This document shows, piece after piece, positions 22,355-32,408 of a stretch of DNA of 32,408 bases (the first letter of the stretch is position 1; every line of letters begins with the position of its first letter). Position numbers and translations under genes: made by a program. This stretch comes from Pseudogymnoascus verrucosus (Eukaryota), in the NCBI GenBank assembly GCA_001662655.1, contig KV460206.1; one strand, given 5' to 3'. Under the pieces are notes generated by a model. That model did no database searches. It worked only from the letters and a program-made list of their open reading frames with translations, and was not told the DNA's origin.

Positions 22355-25300
22355 CTACATCAAACTACTCCTTCCGCCAACCTCAGTCGGGCCCTGCCCA
22401 TTAGGCATCTCCCCATTCCTCCCCACAACAAACTCCCTATAGATCTTCTCCAACCTCCCTCTCTCGTCCTTGCTGATACTCGCTCTCGTGCCCTCCAACG
22501 CCTTCACAATGTGCTTCCACCCGATCATCACCTCCTTATGCTCCTTCTCCTCTGGCTCGCCATCAGCCTTGTCCTTCCCGAAATCTCCTCGCTGCGCCAA
22601 CTTCTGCTTCTTCTTGGCCAGTTTAAGCGCATCAAGTTTAGCAGTAATAGATGCTTGTTCCGCGAGCGCCTTGGAGCGGTTCGAGCCTGCAGTCGCACGA
22701 GCCTCGACCTCCGCCTCGTTCTCTGCTTCACCGTAGCGGAATTGGATAAAGGATTTCGCAGATGTGGGCGACACGCCCGTTTTCGCACCACGCTTATTGT
22801 TTGCTTTGCTTGGAGTGGTGTGATCTTGGTCACCTAGGACGTCGTGGATAGCCTCCAGTTGCGCGTTCGACACCAGGGCCTGTAGATCAGCGCCCGAGTA
22901 GCCTTCCGTCCGATGTGCGATCTCACGGAGTCCACCTTCAGGTCCGTCGATGACCTCGTTGGAGAGCTTCAATTTCTTTCCAAGGGCGCGGAGAATATCA
23001 ATACGATCGTCGTATGTCGGCAAATCGCAAATCAGCGACTTGTCCAAACGACCTGGACGTAACAAGGCCGGATCAATCAGATCAGGCCTGGAAGTGGCCG
23101 CAAGAACGTACACCCCAGACAAGCCCTCTGCACCGTCCATCTGCGTTAACAGCTGATTGACCACGCGGTCCGTAACACCCGTGGAATCGTGGCCACGTTT
23201 TGGTGCAATGGAGTCAAACTCGTCGAAGAAAAGAACACAGGGTCTTGCTGCTTCGGCGCGATCAAACAGGTCGCGGACGGACTTTTCGGAAGCACCGATG
23301 TACTTGTTAAGAATCTCAGGGCCCTTGACACTGATGAAGTTGAGGCCGCATTCACCTGCCACTGCACTTGCGAGCATCGTCTTGCCACATCCAGGATATC
23401 CGTAAAGGAGAAGACCCGAACGGAGGCGAAGAGGGCACTGCGCAAAAATCGGGGCGTAAGTGGTCGGGTACTGCAGGGTTTCGAGTAAAACCTTGCGTGT
23501 CTCGTGGAGACCACCGATGGAGTCGAAGGTGGTTGTAGAGGTCTGGAGAGTCACGTTACGAAGGGAAGCCGGAGTAAATCCCTTCAGCGCGCTCTGGAAA
23601 TCCACCTTGCCCAATTGAATCTTGGAGGACGTTTCCGAAACGGATCGGATAAGTGCATCGTTCCGTGCCCGCGATACCAGTAAGACAAGATCACCAGGCA
23701 TGTATCCGTCTGTCTGGCCTGCAAGGTCTAAAAAGTCGACTTCGCGACCAAGGACAAACCCTTCAGTATCTTCAGAAGCCAACCCAGACTTTTTAGACGA
23801 CGAGGCAACATTCATCCAACCGCCGGCATCTTCTTCGTCTGTCTCGCCATCAGCAGTAGGCGGCCGACTACCAGTGTTTTCATCGTCATCGCAGTCCTTT
23901 GTACTATCCACAATATTTTGGTTGACAACCATCTCCATCACTCTCCGCCTCCCTTCCTTGTCTGGTGCCTTCAAGCTAAGAATTTCTCTCACCACATGCC
24001 CGCCAACAATAACGTTATTGAGAGACTCCTTTGCTTGGGCAGTTGCTAGCAAAACAACTCCAGTGTTTTGGCCACAGTATTGCTTCACAATTGAGCAGAT
24101 AATCTCGCTAATCTGTTTGCTGCGACCATTCTCGCTGCCAACTTCTAGCTCTGTTTCTGCAGGGCACAGTCTGTCCAAGTCATCCAGAATGACTAAAGAC
24201 TGGCCTCCAAGGCGCGCACCCCAGCCCGCATCCATAAAGACACGGGTAAGGGTCTCCTTAATCGTAGCTACGCGGGTTTCATCCGTAACCAATTTCCGGC
24301 AGGGGAAATAAGTTGTATGGAACAAATTTTCGGCTTGTAGCTTGTGTGCCAGCAGCTGCGCAACAGAGCTTTTCCCAGCACCGAGGCCTCCGGTAAGGAG
24401 TACTCCCGATAAATGCGTGAGGTGAGATTGTAGTTGGGACTGTAGAGCATCGATACCGACCAACTGGGGAGCTTCCGCCGATAAAGGCTCTCCAATGGCA
24501 TCGCTCCCAGAAAGAGATGCTGGTTGTGGTATCGGATTTTGGATGTCGATCGAAAACTTGCGCTCAGACCCGATAATCCACCCCCATGGCTGGGTTCCTG
24601 CCTCTCCCGGTTGTACCGATGGGTCAAAACGTATTAATCCGCCCTCCCACGAGGAGGACCTCGTAAGGTCCGTATGTGGGGGCAAGACTAACCCATCTGT
24701 GAGCGGCCCATCAAGCAGACCTCCCCCAGGAACCAGTCTGCCATAAGCGTTGAGGATGCGTTTTGCAGCCTCTTCTCGCTCAGCTTTAGACTCCCCTCCG
24801 AATCTGATACCGTCAGATCGTTTGGTGTTGGGTGAAATAAATGGGTAAATCATCAGCTTTTGGGTGGAGCTGTTTTGTTCGGACCCCGATTCTCTGCGGA
24901 TATGCTGTGGAAGCGGCATCTGCTGGGGCGCTGGTTCAATCTTGACCAGACCTCCCACAAACCCAGCACAACCAAGTGATGCGCACAGTGTAGATGATAA
25001 CGCAATATGGCGACTATCCGGAGGATCGTCCCATTCGGCTAGTTTAGCAACGACTTTATGTGTGGGTTTCCCTGCTTCACCAGCTGCCTCGGCATCTTGT
25101 TGCTGCTTCTGAGGATCTACTGGTGCGTCGAGACCAGCGGGTTTAATCACTGTAACGCAGACATAGGAGACCCCGCGCAAGTTCTTGCTTTGTATGACTT
25201 CTCTGTCCACCCAGACAGTCAAGCTCTGTGGGTTTTGCTTCTCGTTCTCCTGGAACCAATCATCGCATCGGCTTCTGTCGAGGCCACGGAATAGTATCGA

Positions 25301-26175
25301 AGGTCGCGCTTCCGCCTCCCTCTCGGCCTTTTGTCGAGCTGTGCTTGCACCACTCCTGCCGCCTGCGCTTCTTCTGGATGCCCCGGCACTACTGCGGTTC
25401 TCCCTGCTGGTCGCGCGAGTTGAAGTTCTGGCCTTAGGAGCCACGAAGACCTCGGCATCTGGCGCAATTTTCGCAAAGGGCGAAGTTGATGGTAGCGCAG
25501 GGGTGAGTCCTGTAACTATGATATTTGCGGTCGAAGTTGGAGAGAGATGTACCGTAAGAGCCTGTGGTTTAGTTGGCTGGCCATTGGCCGAGACATAGGT
25601 CGGATTGGGTAGTGCTCTTATTTGAGACAGAAAGTTTAGTTCGAGGAATGTAGCATGGAGTTCTATAATCTCCCAATCGGCTGAGGTGAGAGGCTCTATG
25701 TTTACCGTGTGGGAGAGCGGAGGGTCGAGATGAAGGCTTGCTGTGACTTTCTGCCCATCTGACAAGCCGAGAGTTTGGCCGAATGTTGCGTCTATCTCAA
25801 CAAGTGGGATTTCTTGCTCCCGACCAGAGGCATTGCCTCGTGTCCCGCTTATGCCGTCTTTGCTGACTATTGGTGCAAGCTTCCGCCTGCTCGGCATACC
25901 TGTCCATCCAACATATATCGATTTCTGTGTCGGTTCCGCCTTGTCGCCGGTGGCGGATGGCGGGGGCATTTCCTTGTAGCTAAGTTCGACAATGACATTT
26001 TGCGCGACCTTGGCTGTTAGCATGGCGCATTGACAGAGGAGGGGAGTAATCTCACAGTATTGGTATTAACAAGTAGAGACTCTAAAGAGGACGGCAGATT
26101 GACCAAACAGTTCTTGAGGTGAACTAATGACAGCTCGGCAGGCACCGCCTGGCCACTGCCTCTTTTTGGCGCCAT
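22355..26175 (-). CDS. PEX1: Peroxisome biogenesis AAA+ ATPase Pex1; exons 26175-26056 and 26008-22355, 1257 aa
   Basis: N-terminal motifs LKNCLVNLP, YVGWTGMPS and VNIEPLTSADWEIIELHA. Degenerate D1 (GGLGAGKS, LDDLD). D2: PLRLRSGLLLYGYPGCGKT, FFDEFDSIAPKRGHDSTGVTDRVVNQ, LLRPGRLD. Intron 26009-26055 (GTGAGA...GCTAAC...AAG). Confidence 0.96.
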
Positions 26176-26353
26176 GGAAATAAATATATTACAAATGTGA
26201 AGCTGAAATCATATAGAGGCACGCAATGCGACCAAAGATCTGTCTTGCGCGAAACAAATATGTCCGTTTGTCAGAAGGAGGAGTCTGTCTTGTAAATCCC
26301 ACGATGTCGCAGTTGGAGGACTCCAGCCCGTGCCGACAATCCATCTCGAACAA

Positions 26354-26359
26354 CCGAGG
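26354..26359 (+). promoter_or_regulatory. FarA/FarB-type CCGAGG site upstream of PEX1
   Basis: Exact CCGAGG ~180 bp upstream of the PEX1 ATG. Confidence 0.45.
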
Positions 26360-26413
26360 CCGACCAATTTAGGCGCTAGCGTACCCCGAGATTGACCATT
26401 CTTCTTTGGGACG

Positions 26414-26468
26414 TCGCGTTAAGTAGTTTTCAACGACGCGACATGGGGGTTCACTTTACGCGTCGCGC
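26414..26468. promoter_or_regulatory. Cluster of MCB-like (ACGCG) cell-cycle elements upstream of MCM7
   Basis: TCGCGTT at 26414-26420, ACGCGA at 26436-26441, and ACGCGT at 26458-26463 followed by CGCG. CGCGAAA also occurs at 26248-26254. Confidence 0.65.
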
Positions 26469-26681
26469 TTGAAGATCAAAGCTTCGCCAAATCCAACCTC
26501 GACTCCTTGCGACCAGCCCCTCTAAATAACTTCGATTGTGCCAACTCAACACCTTCCACATAATTATACCATCACCAATACACTCCGCACCTACCTTCTG
26601 ATTACATACTGCTCCGCAACACCATCATAGCCAAGCAGAGCGCCTACAGAGCAACTACGGAACAACACAGCTCTCAGCGCA

Positions 26682-29218
26682 ATGGCGCTCCTAACCTACC
26701 GCAAGGATGTCGACTATACAAAGCAACAGAGTATGTCAACATGAGTTTGGATATGTGTCGTATACGCTAACAAAATATAAGGCGAGTTTGAAGGCTTTTT
26801 GGAGTCTTTCAAATCGGCAACACACGAACTCGAGAATGCCGCATTGAACATGCGCATCGACGACGGTGATACTAGTGACGAATACGACTTCGCTGATAGT
26901 GATGAGGAGGCAGCTGAGCGCCGGCATGCGAATAAACAGCAACCGCAGAAATTCGCAAACAAGTACATGGATTTGTTGCAGAAGGTTGCAAATAGGAAGG
27001 CGAATGAGATCACGATAGATCTCGACGACCTGGCGCAATACGAGAAGTCTTTAGAAGATGATGATATCTTCTCGGATCTAGTCAAAGCGATTGAAAGGAA
27101 CACCCACCACTACATCGAGATCATGTCGAGGGCCGTCGATAAGGTGATGCCAGAGCCAACAGAGGAGATCAACTACAAAGACAACGTTCTCGACATTATC
27201 ATGTCGCAGAGATCTCAAAGAAACGCGGAGAATCGATACAATGAGGAGAATATGGACGACCCATCCGTCCTGCCAGCGCCTTACCCCGCGGAGTTGACTC
27301 GAAGATACACCCTTAACTTCAAGCCAAGGACAGCCAATGAACTCACTCGCTCCAGAGCTCTCGCAGTCCGCGAAGTTAAAGGGGAGCATCTCGGCCACCT
27401 CATCACAGTTCGCGGCATCGCAACACGGGTGTCTGACGTCAAGCCTTCCATCCTAGTTAGCGCATATACCTGTGGTATTTGTGGCTGCGAAGTCTTCCAA
27501 CCCGTTACCACGAAGTCTTACGGACCTTTGACCGAATGTCCGTCAGAGGACTGCAAAGTCAACAATGCCAAGGGGAACCTATTCTCTTCCATGCGGGCTT
27601 CCAAATTTGTCCCTTTCCAGGAAGTTAAAATTCAAGAAGTCCCAGATCAAGTTCCAGTTGGACATATCCCAAGACAACTGACCATTCTGTGCCATGGAGC
27701 ACTTGTGCGCCAGATCAGCCCAGGAGACCTCATCGACTGCGGCGGAATTTTCCTGCCGACTCCATATACGGGCTTTAAAGCGATGAGAGCTGGTCTGCTA
27801 ACAGACACATATCTGGAAGCTCAGCATGTTATTCAACACAAAAAGGCGTACGAGCACATGGAAAGTGACCCAAAAATCTTCAAGCGACTTGATGCATACG
27901 GTGCATCAGGGCAAATGTACGAGTACTTGGCCAAATCTATTGCGCCAGAAATTTTTGGCCATCTTGATGTCAAGAAGGCTTTGCTGCTGTTGCTGGTTGG
28001 GGGTGTGACGAAAGCGATGGGCGATGGAATGAGAATCCGTGGCGATATCAACATTTGCCTCATGGGCGATCCCGGTGTGGCTAAGTCTCAACTCCTCAAA
28101 TATATCACCAAGGTTGCCCCTCGTGGAGTCTATACCACAGGTCGTGGTTCGAGTGGTGTTGGTCTCACTGCGGCTGTCATGAGAGACCCGGTCACCGATG
28201 AAATGGTTCTCGAAGGTGGCGCCCTTGTCCTAGCTGATAATGGCGTCTGCTGTATCGACGAGTTCGATAAGATGGACGACAGCGACCGTACTGCCATCCA
28301 CGAAGTCATGGAGCAACAGACCATTTCCATCTCGAAGGCCGGCATCTCAACAACCCTCAACGCTCGCACATCTATCCTTGCCGCGGCCAATCCCCAATAC
28401 GGCCGTTACAACCCTCGTATTAGCCCGGTTGAGAACATCAACCTGCCTGCTGCGCTACTGTCCCGTTTCGACGTACTTTTCCTGATTCTGGACAAGCCAA
28501 CCCGGGAGACCGATGCTATGCTGGCTAAGCACGTCACGTATGTGCACATGCACAATAAGCACCCAGAAACAGATGGTATCGTCTTGTCGCAGGATGAAGT
28601 TCGCCAATACGTGGCGAAAGCACGCTCATTCCGCCCTGTCATTACCAACAAAGTTTCTGAGTACATGGTCCGCGCCTATGTTGATATGCGCGCACAGCAA
28701 GCTCGCGATGAGAAGACTGCAAAGCAGTTCACACACACCTCTGCCCGTACACTTCTAGGCGTCGTTCGTCTGTCGCAGGCTCTGGCACGATTGCGATTCG
28801 ACAATGAAGTTATTCTGCCCGATGTTGATGAGGCCTTGAGGCTTATCGATGCGTCGAAGCAGAGTCTCTACGATGAGCAAACAAACCGCGGACGTGATGG
28901 CACACCGAGCAGTAAAATCTACAATCTCATTCTCGCCCTGGCCGAGGCAGGCACCTGTGATGTTGATGATGGATCGGATAGCGGCGAACTCAGCATTAGA
29001 AAGGTGCAGGAGAGAGTTATTGCCAAGGGATTCACAATCGATCAGTTCCAACAGGCGATTGATGAGTACACACAGCTTGATGTAAGCCCTTCTTCCCAAC
29101 TGAGTTGCCCGTATAATACTAATGAATACTACAGATTTGGCAAACTTCCGGTAATGGTACTAGACTGGCGTTCCTTCAGAACGTGGACAAGGACGCAGAT
29201 GTGGAGGACATGTTTTAA
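26682..29218 (+). CDS. MCM7: DNA replication licensing factor Mcm7; exons 26682-26730, 26782-29081, 29135-29218, 810 aa
   Basis: Zn finger CGICG...CPSEDC, Walker [50 protein letters not shown], and arginine finger LSRFD. Introns 26731-26781 (GTATGT...GCTAAC...AAG) and 29082-29134 (GTAAGC...ACTAAT...CAG). Confidence 0.95.
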
Positions 29219-29650
29219 TTTAAAAGGGGGGAAGTTCTTACATGTTCTATATGTAGACTTGTGCATTGGAGTGCTGGCGTTTCATAGGATGGTATACAGT
29301 GTGTTCACGCTAGGAGAGCACAGGGTAGATGTTTACGAATTCAAAGTTAAATTTCCTCAATGCTTTCCTACTATGGAGAGATAGCCGCCTTGTGATGATA
29401 TTCTGGATTGGATGCGCCTAACAAGCCTGAATTTATCTGCGGCAAGTTGCTGCTAGATGCTTCACCAATAGTCGACCCCATTCACTTCAGATGCCTTGAG
29501 AAGTTATCAAAGTTACATGTTTTGTATTCGACGTTGGCCGTGTCCACTGCTAGCCATCAATCAAACTAAAGCCGAACCTTTTCTTCCCACCCAGCCAACG
29601 CCAACATTCCCAAACGCCTTACAATGCCCCAACAACTACTTTTCTGGCCC

Positions 29651-30298
29651 TTATTTCCCCCCAGCCTTTCTCCCCTTACGCTCATTCGCTCTCTGGAGAC
29701 GCTCATTCCTCTTAACCTTCTCCTTACGATCTCTCCTTCCATCACCCTGCTGAGTCGTGCCCTCCTTCCTCTCACGCTCCTTCTTCATATCAACTTCCAC
29801 GATCCAGTCGTTCTCGCCGGCCTTGTTGGCTCCCTTGTAACCCCACTTAGGCACCCACTCCCCAGTCGCCTCATCATACTGCATCTTCTGGCGCACATCG
29901 GCAGTCTTGGCCTTAATGCCCTTCTTGCGAGCGAAGCGCTCCCAGGTCGTCTCGGCCTTTGGCGGTGGAAGAGGCTTTGCAGAGAGTTAGCGGCATGTAC
30001 TATGCGCGGCAGGGAATTGAAAGAGGCTTACCTTTTCACGCGGAAGGTGCGTACTCGGGGTAGGAAGGGTGAGGAGGACGCCAGCGGGCGCAGAAGTAAT
30101 GGGACATGTGCCCAAGAGCTGGTTGATGAGTGCCTGCGCACCATCCCTCGCTGTGGCACTCAGATCATCCTCGATGTTCTCACTGTTCAGCTCCAGCGGG
30201 TTTGGGTCGTTTGCGAGGAGGTACCCGAGATCAAAAGTATACGGGGTAGGCTTATCAACGACGACCGGTAACCGTGTGCGTTCCTGAACTTCAGCCAT
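29651..30298 (-). CDS. RRS1: Ribosome biogenesis regulatory protein Rrs1; exons 30298-30032 and 29974-29651, 196 aa
   Basis: Motifs: KPTPYTFDLGYLLANDPNP, ARDGAQALINQLL, LPREK/PLPPPKAETTWERFARKKGI, YDEATGEWVPKWGYKG. Intron 29975-30031 (GTAAGC...GCTAAC...AAG). Confidence 0.95.
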
Positions 30299-30562
30299 TT
30301 CGAGGTATCGTTGTGGTTGAAAAAGAAATTCGTAAATGGGTGGGTGGTATCGTTATCGGCGGCGCAAAAAGTTCGAGCGAACAGAGAGTTTCCTTGTCGC
30401 GCGAGCAAGGATGCCGCAACTTTTTAGCGGCCGCATTTTAGCGCCCTTTTTCAAAAGTGTACTGCAGCAAGCACACCCGAATGCAACACCTCGAATACAA
30501 TCCAACTTTCGCAAAAGCCCCCATCACAATCCCCCAGAGCTCGCCAATCCACAGCATTGGCG

Positions 30563-32031
30563 ATGGCCTCGACGAATTGCTGGAAGTGCCTGATCAGGCC
30601 TTCCACCGCAGCATCTCCATATGCCCTCTCCAATGCCCAACGAGCAGCCGCCTTCTCGACCACGACAACCGTTGGCGCAGCGGCAAACGCAAAGCAGAAG
30701 CCGAAGGTGCCTAACATGAAGGCGAAGGGCGCTGCGCAGTCATTGAGGATTAGGAAGAAGGCCCCTGTGAAGACCGGACGCCCGCCAGCTCCGGGAGAGA
30801 GAAAGGCGATGCGGAAGCGAATCGTACTGAGCAACACCAATGCGCTGGAGGTTCAGGGACTCCAGGAGCTGAGCCCGGAGACAATGGTGGATGCCGCGAT
30901 GGTGGGCAAGGTGGTGACAATCCCCGGACCAGTCATCGATCAATTGAGAGTCGTGGAGGCGTTCAAGAAGAACCAGTCCTGGGATCTCTTCCGAACACCC
31001 AGCATACTTGTCCGAGACGAGACCGTCACCCTCTCCAAGAAGCTCCTCGACGCAGCAGCAGCAAAGAAAACAGCCTCTATAATCCTCTCCGGCTCCCGCG
31101 CAACGGGAAAGAGCATGCTCCTCCTCCAAGCCATGGCAACCGCCTTCGCCAAAGGCTGGATCGTCATCAGCATCCCCGATGGTTCGTCCCCCCATCCCCC
31201 CCCCTTTTCCCACCAACCACCCCCCGCTAACCGCCCTCCCCCCGTCCAGCCAAAGAGGTCGCCACAGCCGTAACAGCCTACACCCCCCTCCCCGGCACCA
31301 CCCCCCTCCAATTCTCCCAAAACGTCTACACCGCCACCCTCCTCTCCCAAATCGGCAAAGCGAACGACGCCATCCTCTCCGCCCACACCGTCAAGCAGAC
31401 ACACACCCTCCCCATCCCCATCCCGCCCAACACGACCCTCACGCGCCTCGCCGAGCTAGGCGCCCGCGACCCAGAGGCAGCATGGCCTATTTTCCAAGCT
31501 CTCTGGAAGGAGATCACGGCGGCCGGGTTCCCGCCTATCCTGCTCGCTACGGATGGACTGAACCACATGATGACTTTCTCGGCGTATCGCGCGCCGGATT
31601 TCAGCCAGGTGCATGCGCATGACCTGGTGCTGGTTAAGCATTTCGTGGACCACATTTCTGGTGCTAAGACCCTGCCTAACGGCGGTGCAGTGGTGGCTGC
31701 TACGACTTCGGGGAACATCCCCAAGACGGAGGCGATGAACTTGGCGTTCCAGCAGATCCAGGAGAAGGCTGCTGGGGAGCAAGTTACGCTTCCCTCGCCG
31801 TGGGTGGTGACGGATGCGCGGGTGATGGAGAGTTTGAAGAATGTGGATCTTATGTCGTTGAAGGGGCTGACGAAGGCGGAGGCGAGGGGATTGATGGAGT
31901 ATTGGGCTGCGAGTGGGGTGTTGAGAGAGGCGGTTGATGAGAGGAGTGTTGCGGAGAAGTGGTCGGTGGCGGGTAATGGGGTGGTGGGGGAGATTGCGAG
32001 GGGGGCGCTGAAGATGCGTATTGTAGCATAG
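30563..32031 (+). CDS. RSM23: Mitochondrial small-subunit ribosomal protein mS29 (Rsm23/DAP3); exons 30563-31181 and 31250-32031, 466 aa
   Basis: Presequence-like N-terminus, GERKAMRKRIVLSNTNAL, P-loop GSRATGKS, LLATDG, and EARGLMEYWAASG...GNGVVGE. Intron 31182-31249 (GTTCGT...GCTAAC...CAG). Confidence 0.9.
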
Positions 32032-32052
32032 ATTGGGGAGAGCATAGAAGAA

Positions 32053-32092
32053 GGGGGGGGGGAGGGGGGGGGAGATGAGGGGGGGGGGGGGG
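32053..32092 (+). repeat. Poly-G tracts (G10, G9, G14), potential G-quadruplex
   Basis: Three long G runs beginning 22 nt after the RSM23 stop codon. Confidence 0.75.
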
Positions 32093-32341
32093 AGATGGAG
32101 GATGTATTTTGGTGTAAATTAGAACCTGTATTGTAAATGTTAAGACGCCGATTTTTCTACCCGGATATGTGTAGCTAGATAGATCACCATGTGACAAGTC
32201 TCATTGAAATTACATAGCCAGGCAGCCTGTTCAGGGGAGGACACCAGCACAGCATTCACCAAATCACCAGAATCCCGATAAAACCCACAAATCTCAAAAT
32301 CTTAATCCTTCGTTACTTCATCGCTCGGCCGGCTCAGCCGC

Positions 32342-32408
32342 TCATATCACGCCAACCAACGCATCGTCATAAAAAAAGTCTCCTCCCCCGCCGCCCTGCT
32401 TCTGAGAA
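32342..32408 (-). CDS. Possible C-terminus of a convergent gene entering from the right edge
   Basis: An open frame reads ...SQKQGGGGGDFFYDDALVGVI* and has the G-rich sense composition seen at other gene ends in this window. It is too short to confirm. Confidence 0.25.
   Translation of the reverse strand, partial: SQKQGGGGGDFFYDDALVGVI

Noticed and set aside
29082..29384. Extended Mcm7 C-terminus to 29384, as in the 861-aa ORF
   Set aside because: It results from reading through a canonical 53-nt intron (GTAAGC...ACTAAT...CAG). Splicing gives the typical [12 protein letters not shown] ending at 29218, and the extension has no recognisable motif.
3183..32031. Stop-codon readthrough to cryptic PTS1 signals
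   Set aside because: None of the modelled stop codons has the TGA-CTA readthrough context.
12912..32197. Long antisense or overlapping ORFs over real genes (e.g. 12912..13841, 13174..14004, 23622..24311, 29624..30271, 31326..32045)
   Set aside because: They are expected by-products of GC-rich biased codon usage on the opposite strand and show no independent protein features.

Overview
This is eukaryotic DNA from a filamentous ascomycete, inferred to be a Leotiomycete and possibly Pseudogymnoascus-like. It has short GT-AG introns with CTRAC/CTAAT-type branch points. Ten protein-coding genes can be modelled, in order: a secreted Cys-rich single-pass membrane protein (IDC3/SymC-like, runs off the left edge and is absent from the ORF track), the Zn2Cys6 regulator PRO1/ADV-1, a SAM+PH protein (HAM-9/Boi-like) that follows a 7.1-kb divergent intergenic region, an FAD-linked oxidoreductase, a short Ecm33-like GPI protein, a peroxisomal (-SKL) AidB-like acyl-CoA dehydrogenase, PEX1, MCM7, RRS1 and mitochondrial RSM23/DAP3. 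The main hypothesis is a physically linked cell-fusion/fruiting-body module (IDC3/SymC-like, PRO1, HAM-9-like) with a PRO1 consensus site upstream of the first gene. Secondary observations are a peroxisomal gene pair in which both promoters carry FarA-type CCGAGG sites, a ~110-bp degenerate tandem repeat, and a recurring C-rich to G-rich switch along coding strands. I found no tRNA, rRNA, CRISPR array or recognisable transposon. All gene models and motif scans were done by eye.
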